Positions 63,476 through 64,000 of a DNA stretch of 64,000 bases are shown in pieces (positions within the stretch are counted from its first letter, which is position 1; every line of letters begins with the position of its first letter). The DNA is taken from the NCBI GenBank assembly GCA_002269645.1, contig NIVC01000075.1:128996-192995 (forward strand). The letters run 5' to 3'. The notes under the pieces were generated by a model, which was not told the DNA's origin, made no database searches, and was given only the letters and a program-made list of their open reading frames with translations. Position numbers and translations under genes: made by a program. Source of the DNA: Macrostomum lignano (lineage: Eukaryota).

Positions 63476-64000
63476 CTAGCTGAATGTTTCTTTCAAACAC
63501 CTGTATATTTTCAAACTTTGTTATAGCCATCTATGTTTTCCTTATACAGTTATGTCCGGAGTTTTCCGGTTCGTTGCATATCGTACTTTTCAATTGTCAT
63601 TTACAATTCTTATGCTGGGAATATTTGCATATATTTATTGTTTGTATAACTGTAAAAATAATTATTATAGCGCAAATCCTTTATAATTACTCGTATCTAT
63701 CACTTAGTACTTGCTTCTTTATCCAAAAGGCTTATTAAAAAACCATAGACAGCCAAATCAAGCGGCCTTTTCTAGAATTTCTACCATTTGCGAGTGTAGC
63801 GTCCTAAGTTGTTAAGTAGTCCTTGTATGCGGCTTACGCCGGTTGGAGTGCTCGCGTTCTGATTGGCTGGGGGTGTCCGTCTGCCCAGACCGGCCTAGGC
63901 CGGGTGGGGGTTTGGTGTTTGCTGAATCATGCTTTTAATTACAATATAAGTGCGCACCGGCTTTTCAAGGCTTTGTGACTTTGAACTTGGCTTTGAAATC

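Overview
Eukaryotic (metazoan) genomic DNA with GC/CpG-rich exons, GT-AG introns and a very high density of unrelated minisatellites. The style resembles a free-living flatworm such as Macrostomum; this is an inference only. I spliced six complete genes by hand, all on the minus strand with every intron phase consistent: (1) RING + TRAF-type zinc-finger protein with an unusual C-terminal Cys/His motif (4781-8825); (2) PKA type II regulatory subunit with Ala at the autophosphorylation site (14035-16520); (3) RCL1 (32938-35927); (4) 1172-aa B-box/coiled-coil/Tudor/low-complexity protein (39392-48457); (5) insulin-like prepropeptide with atypical A-chain Cys spacing (49456-50324); (6) secreted two-VWA, Cys-module protein (52228-62072). 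A probable terminal exon lies on the plus strand at 699-1070. Mobile DNA includes a full-length Gypsy (Mag-like) LTR retrotransposon with a 5-bp TSD inserted in a satellite (25813-30396), tRNA-derived SINE-like copies, a decayed hAT remnant inside a 2.3-kb CpG-free tract, and a P-element/THAP9-like transposase remnant. Most long ORFs in the supplied track are by-products of tandem repeats. The possible exception is the 4.5-kb 42-bp array, whose variants are biased toward synonymous and 3n changes. No rRNA, intact tRNA or CRISPR array was seen.
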